From: an uncultured Chloroflexia bacterium
GTDB lineage: Bacteria > Chloroflexota > Ktedonobacteria > Ktedonobacterales > JADMIN01
Direction: 5' to 3'
DNA length: 32,000 bases
NCBI GenBank assembly: GCA_963718915.1
Contig: CAVRAI010000004.1
Location: 690,001 to 722,000 of the forward strand
This document shows positions 10,301-18,453 of this stretch, piece after piece; positions within the stretch are counted from its first letter, which is position 1; every line of letters begins with the position of its first letter. A program made the translations under genes and the position numbers. Under the pieces are notes generated by a model, which ran no database searches, was not told the origin of the DNA, and worked only from the letters and a program-made list of their open reading frames with translations.

Positions 10301-10521
10301 CTCAGCCTGGCCCGGCACGCATGAAAGAGAAGCTGGCTACCCTGAGCGAAATGATAGACGAATCGGACGACGTCCCAACGCAGGGCGCGCTTGAGGTCTT
10401 CGCGGCGCTCAGCGAACAGGCCGCCTCCGTAGGACGCCAACTGCAAGAACTGCTCGATGGCGACGTGGCCGCATTCAACAAGTTGGTGCGGGCATCGCGT
10501 CTGCCAGCTGTCGGCGAGTAA
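7339..10521 (+). CDS. Asp-box/BNR-repeat beta-propeller protein (sortilin/VPS10-like, often annotated 'glycosyl hydrolase BNR repeat'), with a charged C-terminal coiled-coil-like tail
   Basis: 1060-aa ORF with GAGGA RBS. Ten SxDxGxxW/F Asp-boxes: SNDGGSSW, TRDGGASW, STDGGDTW, SEDWGGSW, STDGGKSF, TFDGGRSW, STDEGTNW, SRDSGASW, TSDYGATW, SFDDGVNW. N-terminus WRCIGPHRGGRVVAVAGHPTEPGTFYFGGCAGGVWKTTSGG is typical of this family. No signal peptide is evident. Confidence 0.75.
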   Translation: MDDKLFRSLSWRCIGPHRGGRVVAVAGHPTEPGTFYFGGCAGGVWKTTSGGALWEIVSDGYFTTSAVGAIAVAPSAPGVIYVGTGEATIRGNVSHGDGVYKSNDGGSSWRNVGLADTRHIGDIVVHPTNPEIAYVAALGHAWGPNAERGVFRTRDGGASWQKVLFKSENAGAVDLAMDPNQPDIIYATIWQTRRYPHALVSGGEESGLWRSTDGGDTWEDLSRAKGLPSSGIYGKLGVAASPAQPGRVWAIIEAADKDGKDAGGLYRSEDWGGSWERVNDKMDLRKRPWYYMHIYADPRDPDTVWILNLRCWKSTDGGKSFVGVPTPHGDNHDLWIDPRDPNRMIESNDGGACVTFDGGRSWSSILNQPTAQFYHVVADDHVPYYVYGSQQDNWAMRLPSIDFEGAITWKDYVEPGGGESGYIAIGRKPPYVVFGGGIGTGPGHGRLIAWNPDTGQKRNVTVWPEVHSASVGGVGASTLKYRFQWTFPVEVSPHDPDVLYICSNFVHRSTDEGTNWEVISPDLTRNDPDRQGPSGGPITYDNSGAEIYCTIFAFRESPHERGVFWVGSDDGLVHISRDSGASWQNITPSELPEWALVSIIEPSPHDPATAYLAATCYKVDDTAPYLFKTSDYGATWTRITGNLPDGALTRVIREDPNRRGLLYCGTETGLYISFDDGVNWQPFQCNLPVTPIHDLIVKDSDLIVATHGRSFWILDDITPLRQMVDGNAPVVLYEPRDTTRYRLYEYTEAEGTPGFVDYLMAGPVTVAFRHEEDATGANSRKLLDSGQNPPAGVIFHYALAEKPEGDVTLTILDAEGNTVRTFTSKVDIGAKLPTEQGANRIIWDFRYEPPSALEDDKVEKQDQKEKAEARIVLEALSARALPGEYEARLTVGDTTVTQRFAVLPDPRLAVTPEELRAQFDLKRKIRDQVDEAHHTINQIRRLRKQVASWEERAKAGEGHESIVEAAGSLKEKFSTLEGELINLDPDKPQPGPARMKEKLATLSEMIDESDDVPTQGALEVFAALSEQAASVGRQLQELLDGDVAAFNKLVRASRLPAVGE

Positions 10522-10649
10522 TGAACGAGGCGAATGACAGGTACTACGATAGGTCGTCGTCGGGCGTCCGAAGGTATTGCCATGGAAAACGGCGCTCGAC
10601 GATACCTGGCTCTATAAAGCCGTGAAAAAAGCTCAGGTAAGGAGGGAAA

Positions 10650-11630
10650 ATGGCGCGTGTTCTCGTGCAAGGGAGCCTCAACGTCGATCACGTAGCCCAG
10701 ATACCCCGTCTTCCGATTCCTGGTGAAACAGTCATCGGCGAGGCTTTTCACATATTTCCAGGCGGGAAGGGGCTCAACCAGGCCATCGCGGCCCGCCGTC
10801 TCGGCGCTGATGTCTTCTTGATTGGATGCATCGGTCAGGATCACCTCGGCGACCTCCTGCATGCGACTCTGCTTGCCGATGGTGTGGAGACCGCTCTCAT
10901 CACGCGACAGACACAATTCGGGACAGGTGTGTGCTGCGTCCTGGTAGGAATCGCTGACGGGCAGAACATGATTGGCAGCATCAGGCAGGCCAATATGGCG
11001 CTGAACGCCGTCATGGTCGACGCGGCCTTTGACCAGATCGCCGCCGAGCCTGCTGAGGCGCGCCCGAACGTCTTTCTGGCGCAATGCGAAACAGAAGTGG
11101 GCGGTGTCGTGCGAGGTCTTCAGCGCGCGCGAGATCTGCACATGGCCACCATTCTGAACCTTGCTCCGGTTCCCCAGGGAGCGCTTGATGATCATCTCTA
11201 TCAGTTGTCGGATGTCCTCATTGTCAATGAGATCGAGGCGGGCCTCCTTGCCGGGATGAGCGTCGATGGTTTCGCGCCCGCGGCCATCGCGGCACAAGCA
11301 CTCTTGAAGCGTGGTCCGAGGCAGGTGGTTATTACCCTGGGAGCGTTAGGCGCTACGTATAGCGCGCGAAATGCAGTAGATGCTGACCCACTGACAGGGA
11401 TAACTCACCGTGAATGGCCCGCGTACGCCGTCCGCGCGGTGGACGCAACCGCTGCGGGAGATGCATTCTGTGGAGCTTTCGCCAGCAAAGTTTCGGCAGG
11501 AGCGGCCATAGACGAAGTGATGGCGTTCGCGCTTGCGGCGGGCGCCCTGACCGCGACTCGACCGGGCGCCGCTCCGTCTCTCCCCACACGTCTTGAAGTC
11601 GAAGACATGCTGAAGGATCAGCCACGATAG
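10650..11630 (+). CDS. rbsK: Ribokinase (PfkB family)
   Basis: 326 aa with a strong AAGGAGGG RBS. Motifs GSLNVDH, PGGKGLNQAIAARRLG and C-terminal DATAAGDAFCGAFA (ribokinase signatures). Confidence 0.85.
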   Translation: MARVLVQGSLNVDHVAQIPRLPIPGETVIGEAFHIFPGGKGLNQAIAARRLGADVFLIGCIGQDHLGDLLHATLLADGVETALITRQTQFGTGVCCVLVGIADGQNMIGSIRQANMALNAVMVDAAFDQIAAEPAEARPNVFLAQCETEVGGVVRGLQRARDLHMATILNLAPVPQGALDDHLYQLSDVLIVNEIEAGLLAGMSVDGFAPAAIAAQALLKRGPRQVVITLGALGATYSARNAVDADPLTGITHREWPAYAVRAVDATAAGDAFCGAFASKVSAGAAIDEVMAFALAAGALTATRPGAAPSLPTRLEVEDMLKDQPR

Positions 11631-11738
11631 CCAATTCGAGGCGCTGGGTGACACTGTGCGCTCCATCGATGGCCGCCGAGGCGGGAACTGGATGGAAACC
11701 AGCGACTGTGCCGAGCAAGGCTCCCCTTCTCATGCGCG

Positions 11739-11780
11739 AAAAAAGAAAAAACAGACTCAATGCGGATGCATCAAGTCTGT
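11739..11780 (-). terminator. Rho-independent terminator downstream of tRNA-Asp
   Basis: On the minus strand: 7-bp stem ACAGACU / AGUCUGU (plus-strand 11751-11757 and 11774-11780), 16-nt loop, followed by UUUUUCUUUUUU (rc of 11739-11750). Confidence 0.5.
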
Positions 11781-11796
11781 CAGCAAGGTGATATTT

Positions 11797-11873
11797 TGGC
11801 GGACCCGACGGGATTCGAACCCGCGGTCTCCGGCGTGACAGGCCGGCGTGTTAGGCCGCTACACTACGGGTCC
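11797..11873 (-). tRNA. tRNA-Asp (anticodon GUC), CCA encoded
   Basis: The reverse complement reads GGACCCGTAGTGTAGCGGCCTAACACGCCGGCCTGTCACGCCGGAGACCGCGGGTTCGAATCCCGTCGGGTCCGCCA. Acceptor GGACCCG/CGGGTCC, D arm GTGT/ACAC, anticodon stem CCGGC/GCCGG with loop CT-GTC-AC, T arm GCGGG-TTCGAAT-CCCGT, discriminator G. Confidence 0.93.
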
Positions 11874-11909
11874 CGGCGTGCCAATCGCTTGATTGGCACG
11901 GCACGTGGG

Positions 11910-11939
11910 AATATACCACAGCCGCAGCCGGGCTGTCAA
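11910..11939 (-). promoter_or_regulatory. Sigma-70-type promoter for tRNA-Asp (extended -10)
   Basis: The minus strand reads TTGACA (rc of 11934-11939), an 18-nt spacer ending in TGg, then TATATT (rc of 11910-11915). It lies about 35 nt upstream of the tRNA 5' end. The leader contains a perfect 9-bp hairpin GTGCCAATC-GCTT-GATTGGCAC (11878-11899). Confidence 0.5.
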
Positions 11940-11953
11940 CATGCGCTCGCTCT

Positions 11954-13921
11954 TCACTCGCTCATTGTCCGGGCTAGTGTATCCACTTCAGACGCCTGCG
12001 GGCCAAGGATACGGTCATCGCCACGACGCACGGTGTAGCGACGTTCGTCGGTAAGCTCGAATAGCGCCAGCATGTATTTCCGGCTCGTCCCCAGCAGATC
12101 GCGCGCATCGGCCACCGTCAGCGAGTCATGCGTCCTCAGGTGCTCCACCACACGACGGAGCGCTTCGACGTATGCGGAGTGTTCCAGTAGCACCGCATCG
12201 TTGAGCCTGACGAGCGTACCTTGCTCGATCAACAACGCCGTGACCTCAGCCCCTAATTCCTCGTCCACCTCGGGCCGCGTTGGTGGGGCAAAGGGCTCCT
12301 GGCGGAATCGCGCCAACATCGCATCCACCGACTGCTGCTGCTGCGGTGTTAGATGGGGAGCATGCCCAGGCGCACAGACGAAAACGCCGCGTCCACTATG
12401 TGTCTCGGCAAGTGTGCCCGCATGCGCCAACCGTATCAGCGCCTCTGTGGCTTCGCGCGGGGTCAGGCGCAGGCGGGAACGCCACTCTTCGCGCGGCATG
12501 CCAGCGCGGAGCGGATACTGCCGGTGGTACTCTTGCACAAGCAAGAGCGCGTCCCCTGACAACCGCTGCCAATGGTCGGCGGCGAAGTAGAACGATCCAG
12601 CGGAGACGACGTCCCCTCGTGCGGCAAGCGCCGCTAGCGCCTCTTCCACATCAGGCAGGGGCATGCTAACCAGCCGCGTCAGTTCCTCCAACTCGCGCCC
12701 GCCATAGCTTCCCTGTCGAGCTACCCGCGTACGCATTGACCTGGTGATACCAGGCTGGCCACGCAACATCGCCAGCACAATATCATCGGGCGTGCCGTTG
12801 GCCAGCGTCGCCAGCCATCCCAGCACGGCGGCGTTATGGCGACGATAGCGGCGCGGGTGCGGATCAACTACGGCTCCGCCGCCAATCGTCAAGCTCGGCG
12901 AGGGAACCCGCACGATGAAACGGTCGCCTCGCGCCGCTACGAGCGGCTGCGCCAGCCGGATCTGCGCCCAGCCGGTCGCGCCTGGCTCCAGCTCATCTAC
13001 TTCGAAGAGCGCCACACGCGCCGGAACCTCCGCCGCGCCCAGGTACACTTCGACCTCGGCATTGTGAGCCAGCGCGCGAGGCGTCGATGCAAGTATGTCC
13101 AGCCGCACATCGAGCGCGGTCGTCGGCTGGAACATCCCCGGTCGTGTCACCACGTCGCCGCGCCGCAGATCAGCGCGCGCAACTCCCGTCAGATTTACCG
13201 CCAGCCTGCCACCTGGCTTGCTCTCCTCGATGGGGTGGCGATGGGCCTGCAAACCGCGAATTCGGGCGCGCAGACCGCGCGGCTGCACCTCCACCTCCTG
13301 GCCACTGTGTAACCCGCCCTCCTGTAGCGTCCCCGTGACGACAGTGCCAAAGCCAGCCATACTAAAGACGCGGTCAACTGGAAGACGCGGTCGCCCGAGA
13401 TCACGGCGAATCGGGGCATCCTCCACAGCATGATCCAGCGCGGCCAGCAGTTCGGGAAGACCCTGTCTGGTGACGGACGAACAGGGGATAATTGGGCTGC
13501 CTGCAAGTGTGGTGTGGGCGAGCCGCTCGGCGATGTCTTCGCGGACAAGCGCCAGCCACTCATCGTCCACCAGATCGCACTTCGTCAGGGCGACGACGCC
13601 TGAGCGCACCCGCAACAAATCGAGGATGGCGAGATGCTCGTCCGTCTGCGGCATAATGCCCTCGTCCGCCGCGATGACCAGCAGCGCCACATCGATGCCA
13701 CCAACGCCCGCCAGCATGTTGCGGATGAAGCTCTCATGGCCGGGAACGTCCACGATGCTCGCCTCGCGCCCGCTGGGTAGCGTCACCCAGGCGAAGCCGA
13801 GATCGATGGTCATCCCCCGCGACTTCTCTTCAGTGAGGCGGTCGGGATCAATGCCGGTGAGTGCGGTGACCAGCGTGGACTTGCCATGGTCCACATGCCC
13901 CGCGGTGCCAATGCAACTCAT
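11954..13921 (-). CDS. selB: Selenocysteine-specific translation elongation factor SelB
   Basis: 655 aa. N-terminus MSCIGTAGHVDHGKSTLVTALTGIDPDRLTEEKSRGMTIDLGF, then DVPGHE and TKCD G-motifs characteristic of SelB. EF-Tu-like domains II/III and a ~300-aa winged-helix-type C-terminal extension. Confidence 0.85.
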   Translation of the reverse strand: MSCIGTAGHVDHGKSTLVTALTGIDPDRLTEEKSRGMTIDLGFAWVTLPSGREASIVDVPGHESFIRNMLAGVGGIDVALLVIAADEGIMPQTDEHLAILDLLRVRSGVVALTKCDLVDDEWLALVREDIAERLAHTTLAGSPIIPCSSVTRQGLPELLAALDHAVEDAPIRRDLGRPRLPVDRVFSMAGFGTVVTGTLQEGGLHSGQEVEVQPRGLRARIRGLQAHRHPIEESKPGGRLAVNLTGVARADLRRGDVVTRPGMFQPTTALDVRLDILASTPRALAHNAEVEVYLGAAEVPARVALFEVDELEPGATGWAQIRLAQPLVAARGDRFIVRVPSPSLTIGGGAVVDPHPRRYRRHNAAVLGWLATLANGTPDDIVLAMLRGQPGITRSMRTRVARQGSYGGRELEELTRLVSMPLPDVEEALAALAARGDVVSAGSFYFAADHWQRLSGDALLLVQEYHRQYPLRAGMPREEWRSRLRLTPREATEALIRLAHAGTLAETHSGRGVFVCAPGHAPHLTPQQQQSVDAMLARFRQEPFAPPTRPEVDEELGAEVTALLIEQGTLVRLNDAVLLEHSAYVEALRRVVEHLRTHDSLTVADARDLLGTSRKYMLALFELTDERRYTVRRGDDRILGPQASEVDTLARTMSE

Positions 13922-13940
13922 GCATGCATTGTATCGCGTC

Positions 13941-16811
13941 TCAGCCCATCTGAGAACGGACGGCCTGAAGTTCCTGCAAGCGCGCCCGCGCCATCTGGTT
14001 CGAGGGGTCTACTTTGGCGAGATTGCGATAGACACGCGCCGCCTGCTCGTATTCGCCGACGGAATAGTAGGTCTGGCCGAGCAGGTCATACGCCTCGTAG
14101 TTGGCTTTATCCATCGCGATTAGCTGCTGTAATGCGGCGACAGCCTCTTTCGTCTGGCGGCTGGCAAAGTAGTAGCGCGCAACCACAATCTGCTGTTCGA
14201 TTGCTCCTTGCACATCCTTCATTTCCAGGCAGTACTGCACATACTGCTGGCGAAGCTGCATGTCGTCGGTAGCGTATTGGATCGCCTGGCGCAGATGCAT
14301 CAGTCCATCGGCCTGATTGCCGACGCCCCACGTAACCTCAGACATCTTCTGATAGACCGAGGCCGCCTCGCGCAGATGGCCGTGGCGCACATGGATATCT
14401 GCGAGGAGTCGATACTCCGACAGCCCCTCGTCGAGCATCCCACGAGCAATCTGGATCTCTGCCATCTCGCTATGCACGGCGGGATCGTCTGGGTTGAGAT
14501 TCGCCATCTCGCGCAGCACGGCAATGGCATTCTCGAACTGCCGGTTGCTGCGATAGTGCCGCGCCAGCTTGGCATACTCCTGCGTCTGTGCCTGGGGATC
14601 ACCCTGCCGCGCCGCGATTTGTCCCAGCGCCTGATAGACCTCGTCGTTGACGGCGCGCTGACTCTGCACCGACTGCAAGATCGCATTCCCCTGCTGCATC
14701 TGACCGGAAAGTTGATACGCATGTGAGAGCAGCAACGCCACTTCCATCTCTGGGTTGAGCGACTCTTCGCCCTCCAGACGCGGGCGCGCCATCCAGATGG
14801 CGGGATCAGGTGGCATACGCCGTGTCAGCGCGGAAGCTTCCTCAAGCTCGCGCACCGCAGCCGCCGCGCCCTGTACATCGCCCGCCATCATCAGCGCCTG
14901 GCCCGCGCCAAAATGCGCCAGCACCTCCATCCCAGAGGCGGTGGCAATCTGCTGGAAGCAGGTCAGCGCCTCATGGTGGTGTCCCGTCACCAGATGCACC
15001 TGTCCCAGCGCGTAGCGCAGATCGGGATTCGTCGGGTTGAGGTCTGAGGCCTGAAGATAGTCGCGCGCGATATCGCTGTAACTGGCGAAATGTTCCCCGC
15101 GCAACGCGGCCAGTAGCCGCCCAAGCACCTCCATCGCGGAGACACGGCTGGAATTCATGCCAGGAGAGCTGATCGCGGGCGAGGCGACTGAGCCGGTGGC
15201 CAGCGCCATCTGCCAGGTGGCCAGCGCCCGCACATTGGTCGGATCGAGCTGGAGCACCCGCTGAATCTCGCCGACAGCCTGCGGGACGCGCCCTGCCTTC
15301 ATCAGCGCCTGCCCGTAGCTCAGGCGCAACTGGCCGTTATTCGGCTGCGCCATGAGCGCCTGCTCGTATTCGCCGATGGCGCGGTCGGCGTAGCCCATGC
15401 GCAGATAGGCATCGGCGGCGGAAATGCGCTCGACGAGCGCCTCATCGGAGCGCCCCTGGCGCGTGAGCAGCTCGATCAACTTGACCCGATACGTCAGATT
15501 GCTCGGCTCAAGTTGCAGGATGCGTCGGAATGTGGCGATGGCGTCATCGATGCGCCCGTGCGCCAGATACGTCTCGACCAGCACCGAATACTTGGCGACG
15601 GCCTGTTCGGACTTGCCCTGCCGTACATAAATCTCGCCGAGCAGCAGATGTACGTCGAGATACTGCGGCGCAAGCTCCATCACTGTCATACACTCTTCGA
15701 CGGCGGCGGTGAGCAGCCCATGAGCTACGTAGTTCTCGATGCTGCGCACCGCCTGCGACACTTGCGAGCGCAATGGCTCCGGCAGGCTCATCAGGCTCGC
15801 CCGCCCGCTCCCTGCCATGCCCAGCGAGTTGATCAACTGCGCCAGATGATCGCCATTGGAGGCAGGCGTGCCACTATAGACGTTGGCATTCCCGCCCATC
15901 AGCGTGCCCATGCCGACGCCCATGCCGCCATTCATCCCGCCATTCATCCCGCCAGCCTGGGACGACGCGAAATCGGCCCCCGACGATCTGGCTGGGCCAG
16001 CAGACATGCCGTCGGGCATGGGAAAGTCATTGAGCGGGGAATCAGGGATATCGCGCCGCGCGCCCGCCGTGCCACGCTGCGGAATCTTACCGGGCGTGCC
16101 GCTCCCGGCAGTAGGGCGCCGTCGCCGCGGCGGCTGTGGCTGTGGCGTTGTCCCCAGCACCTCGTGCATCATGCGCTCAACTTCCGCGACCTGTTCTCGC
16201 CATCCCTGGCTTTTCAGGAAGCCAAGCAGCGCCGAGAAGACGGTCGAAGCGCCTTCGAGGTCGTTCATCTCGCGGTGCGCCTCGGCGGCCTCCTGGCAGA
16301 GCTGAAGGAGTTGATCCACCTCTTCCAGCGTCAGCGCGTCGAGGTTCACGCGGTCTACCGCCGCGTCGAAGTAGCGGGCGGCTTCTTCCAGGTTGCCCAT
16401 CGCGCGGAAGCACTGACCGAGGGCGTAAAAGCAGGAAAGCGCATAGTCCGGGTCGTCCAGCAGCAGCTCAAACTGCGCGGCGGCTTCGTCCCAACGATCC
16501 GATTCCTGATAGAGCCATCCGAGAAAGTAATGCACATCGGAGCGATTCACACCCGCGTCCAGCAGATCCTCACAGACGAGAACGGCTTCTTCCAGATTCC
16601 CTTCCTGCTGAAGCTGCTGCGCCTCACGCAGCGCTGCTCCAACCTGTGGGCCACTCACACGCGGACGCCCCCCGGACCGTCGGCCATCGTCCTGTGGCCT
16701 GCCACGCCCCGAGCGCGAACCCGACATATCGCCCCAATCGCCAGAAGAGCCTCTTCTGCCCATACTCCAACTTCCCATCTGACGGCGCCTTGCCCTGCTA
16801 GCATCATGCAT
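13941..16811 (-). CDS. Large tetratricopeptide-repeat (TPR) protein with Arg/Gly-rich N-terminus and Met/Gly-rich linker
   Basis: 956-aa ORF. It shows many A..Y/F...A-type 34-aa TPR-like repeats (e.g. EEAVLVCEDLL, YFLGWLYQESDRWDEAAAQFELLL, YALGQVHLVTGHHHEALTCFQQI, YDLLGQTYYSVGEYEQAARVYRNLAKVDPSN). The start is uncertain: M1, M12, M17 and M29 are all possible. It ends 19 nt upstream of selB. Confidence 0.75.
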   Translation of the reverse strand: MHDASRARRRQMGSWSMGRRGSSGDWGDMSGSRSGRGRPQDDGRRSGGRPRVSGPQVGAALREAQQLQQEGNLEEAVLVCEDLLDAGVNRSDVHYFLGWLYQESDRWDEAAAQFELLLDDPDYALSCFYALGQCFRAMGNLEEAARYFDAAVDRVNLDALTLEEVDQLLQLCQEAAEAHREMNDLEGASTVFSALLGFLKSQGWREQVAEVERMMHEVLGTTPQPQPPRRRRPTAGSGTPGKIPQRGTAGARRDIPDSPLNDFPMPDGMSAGPARSSGADFASSQAGGMNGGMNGGMGVGMGTLMGGNANVYSGTPASNGDHLAQLINSLGMAGSGRASLMSLPEPLRSQVSQAVRSIENYVAHGLLTAAVEECMTVMELAPQYLDVHLLLGEIYVRQGKSEQAVAKYSVLVETYLAHGRIDDAIATFRRILQLEPSNLTYRVKLIELLTRQGRSDEALVERISAADAYLRMGYADRAIGEYEQALMAQPNNGQLRLSYGQALMKAGRVPQAVGEIQRVLQLDPTNVRALATWQMALATGSVASPAISSPGMNSSRVSAMEVLGRLLAALRGEHFASYSDIARDYLQASDLNPTNPDLRYALGQVHLVTGHHHEALTCFQQIATASGMEVLAHFGAGQALMMAGDVQGAAAAVRELEEASALTRRMPPDPAIWMARPRLEGEESLNPEMEVALLLSHAYQLSGQMQQGNAILQSVQSQRAVNDEVYQALGQIAARQGDPQAQTQEYAKLARHYRSNRQFENAIAVLREMANLNPDDPAVHSEMAEIQIARGMLDEGLSEYRLLADIHVRHGHLREAASVYQKMSEVTWGVGNQADGLMHLRQAIQYATDDMQLRQQYVQYCLEMKDVQGAIEQQIVVARYYFASRQTKEAVAALQQLIAMDKANYEAYDLLGQTYYSVGEYEQAARVYRNLAKVDPSNQMARARLQELQAVRSQMG

Positions 16812-17182
16812 CGGATGATGTCTGGCAATGGATGGGCAGGAAGCGCGTTGCGCGCGTCTGCGGACTGCACGAAATCAGCTATGTTTTCAGCATACGCCAT
16901 CAAGCATTGCAAAGCAGTGATTTCAGGAATAATGGGCGATAGACACAGCGGGAACACCTCATGGGAGCTTCAGCGCCGGAGACCTGGGGTCATGCTGGAA
17001 ACATCTGAAGCATACGTCGCCCGGCGCTCAGTATAACATGGCTCAGCAGTGGCCAATTCATCAAGTCTGCGGACAGACAGGCATAGATAACCGCGTTCGG
17101 GAAAATAAGGCGCGCGAGCGGCCTGACGCCGTATGGTACTATCGTACCGGCGTCATCTGTGGCTCGCCCGCGTGTGGAGGCA

Positions 17183-17683
17183 TTATCCGCGATAGTTGTT
17201 GAACTGGAGCGGCACGGGATAGTCCTTCGCCTTCAGGGCCGTAATAACCGCCTGGAGGTCGTCGCGGTTCTTACCGACGACACGCACCGCGTCCCCCTGG
17301 ATCTGGCCCTTCACCTTTGGGAAGCTATCGCGAATCAGTTTGGTGATCTCTCTGGCAAGGTCTTGCGAGATGCCGCTTTGCAGCTCGATCACCTGCCGAA
17401 CACGGTTGCCACCCGCCTGCTCGATGTTTCCGGGCTTGAGGATCTTGATCGAAAGGCCGCGGCGAACGATCTTCGACTCCAGCACATCGCGCACGTTCTT
17501 AAGGGTGAACTCGCTATCAGTCAGGATGGTAATCGTCTTCTTCTTGGCGTCGTACGTCAACTCGGTGTGCGTATCCTTCAGGTCAAAGCGCGTGGTCATC
17601 TCGCGGCGTGTCTGATCGAGCGCGTTCGCCAGTTCCTGCTCGTCGTATTGCGAGACCACGTCAAAGCTGTTCTCTGCTGCCAT
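17183..17683 (-). CDS. yajQ: YajQ-family nucleotide (c-di-GMP)-binding protein (UPF0234)
   Basis: 166 aa. MAAENSFDVVSQYDEQELANALDQTRREMTTRFDLKDT... and C-terminal PLQFNNYR are typical YajQ. AAGGAGATAG RBS. Confidence 0.85.
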   Translation of the reverse strand: MAAENSFDVVSQYDEQELANALDQTRREMTTRFDLKDTHTELTYDAKKKTITILTDSEFTLKNVRDVLESKIVRRGLSIKILKPGNIEQAGGNRVRQVIELQSGISQDLAREITKLIRDSFPKVKGQIQGDAVRVVGKNRDDLQAVITALKAKDYPVPLQFNNYRG

Positions 17684-17821
17684 CTCAATCTATCTCCTTC
17701 GCTCGGCCCGCTACGAAAGTCAGGTACGCGACGCAAGCGTCAGAGGCAAGCGTCAGTCGCGTCCGGCACATTCTACCACCCGTAGCGGGAGACGCCGCGA
17801 CAGGCACATCGCCGTGACGTA

Positions 17822-18391
17822 TCAGGGGAGCGCGAGCGGCCAGCGGGAGAGCGCGGTATAGCGGGCGGCGGGACGTAGCAGCTCGCTCTTCATCACCGCG
17901 ATGGCCTCGGCCCGCCAGGTGGCGTCGGGCGGTGGCTCGTGCTGCACGCGCGCCAGCGCCGCCAGCGCGTCGTCGGTGAGTGGCTTCTTGATGCGCGCCA
18001 GCGTCAGGTGTGGCGAGAACGGACGCTCTTCACGGGGGAAACCACGCGCCGCGAGATCGTCGGCGACGGCAGCCTGCAATGCCAACAGCCGCGCCTTTTC
18101 GCCCGCCAGGCCGACCCAGATGACCCGTGGCGAGCGTGCGGAACCGAACGTGCCCAGGCCCGCCAGCCGCAGTGAGAATGGCGCATAGACGCCCGCGACG
18201 GTGGCCGCCGCCTGGGTTGCCGCCTTTACTTGCGCGTCGTCAAGCTCGCCGAGAAACGCCAGCGTCACATGCAGGCCCGCTGGATCCACCCAGTGTACCT
18301 CAGGAATCATTCGCGCCAGCCGCTCGATCCGCCTCCGCAGCGTGTTCCTGACCGCGTCGGGCAGTTCTAGCGCCAGAAATGTGCGTGTCAT
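17822..18391 (-). CDS. thpR: RNA 2',3'-cyclic phosphodiesterase (2H phosphoesterase, ThpR/LigT)
   Basis: 189 aa with the two H-x-T-x motifs of the 2H superfamily (GLHVTLAFLG and PHLTLARI). Confidence 0.85.
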   Translation of the reverse strand: MTRTFLALELPDAVRNTLRRRIERLARMIPEVHWVDPAGLHVTLAFLGELDDAQVKAATQAAATVAGVYAPFSLRLAGLGTFGSARSPRVIWVGLAGEKARLLALQAAVADDLAARGFPREERPFSPHLTLARIKKPLTDDALAALARVQHEPPPDATWRAEAIAVMKSELLRPAARYTALSRWPLALP

Positions 18392-18453
18392 GGCTGCACC
18401 GTTTCCTACCTCGCATCCAGGCGCTATGGCGTCGGCATACCTTTACCATCTAC

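Noticed and set aside
8059-10446. Several 190-266-aa - strand ORFs (8059-8859, 9064-9648, 9673-10446)
   Set aside because: All are antisense to the Asp-box propeller gene, whose ten Asp-boxes fix the coding strand.
10302-11297. 331-aa - strand ORF
   Set aside because: It overlaps the 3' end of the Asp-box gene and most of rbsK in antisense. It has no motifs, and ribokinase signatures on the + strand explain the region.
11797-11873. Whether the tRNA next to selB is tRNA-Sec (selC)
   Set aside because: It is 77 nt with a normal 7/5-bp cloverleaf, a short variable loop and anticodon GUC. This is tRNA-Asp, not the long-variable-arm UCA tRNA-Sec.
16655-16957. 100-aa - strand ORF overlapping the TPR gene start in another frame (MFPLCLSPIIPEITALQ...)
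   Set aside because: It has a GTG start without a Shine-Dalgarno sequence. Its second half is the out-of-frame shadow of the TPR N-terminus. It more likely falls in the long 5' leader of the TPR-selB unit.
15513-17036. 507-aa + strand ORF
   Set aside because: It is entirely antisense to the TPR gene. The composition is Arg/Ala/His/Pro-rich low-complexity, typical of the stop-poor reverse frame of a high-GC gene. It has no RBS and no recognisable motif.
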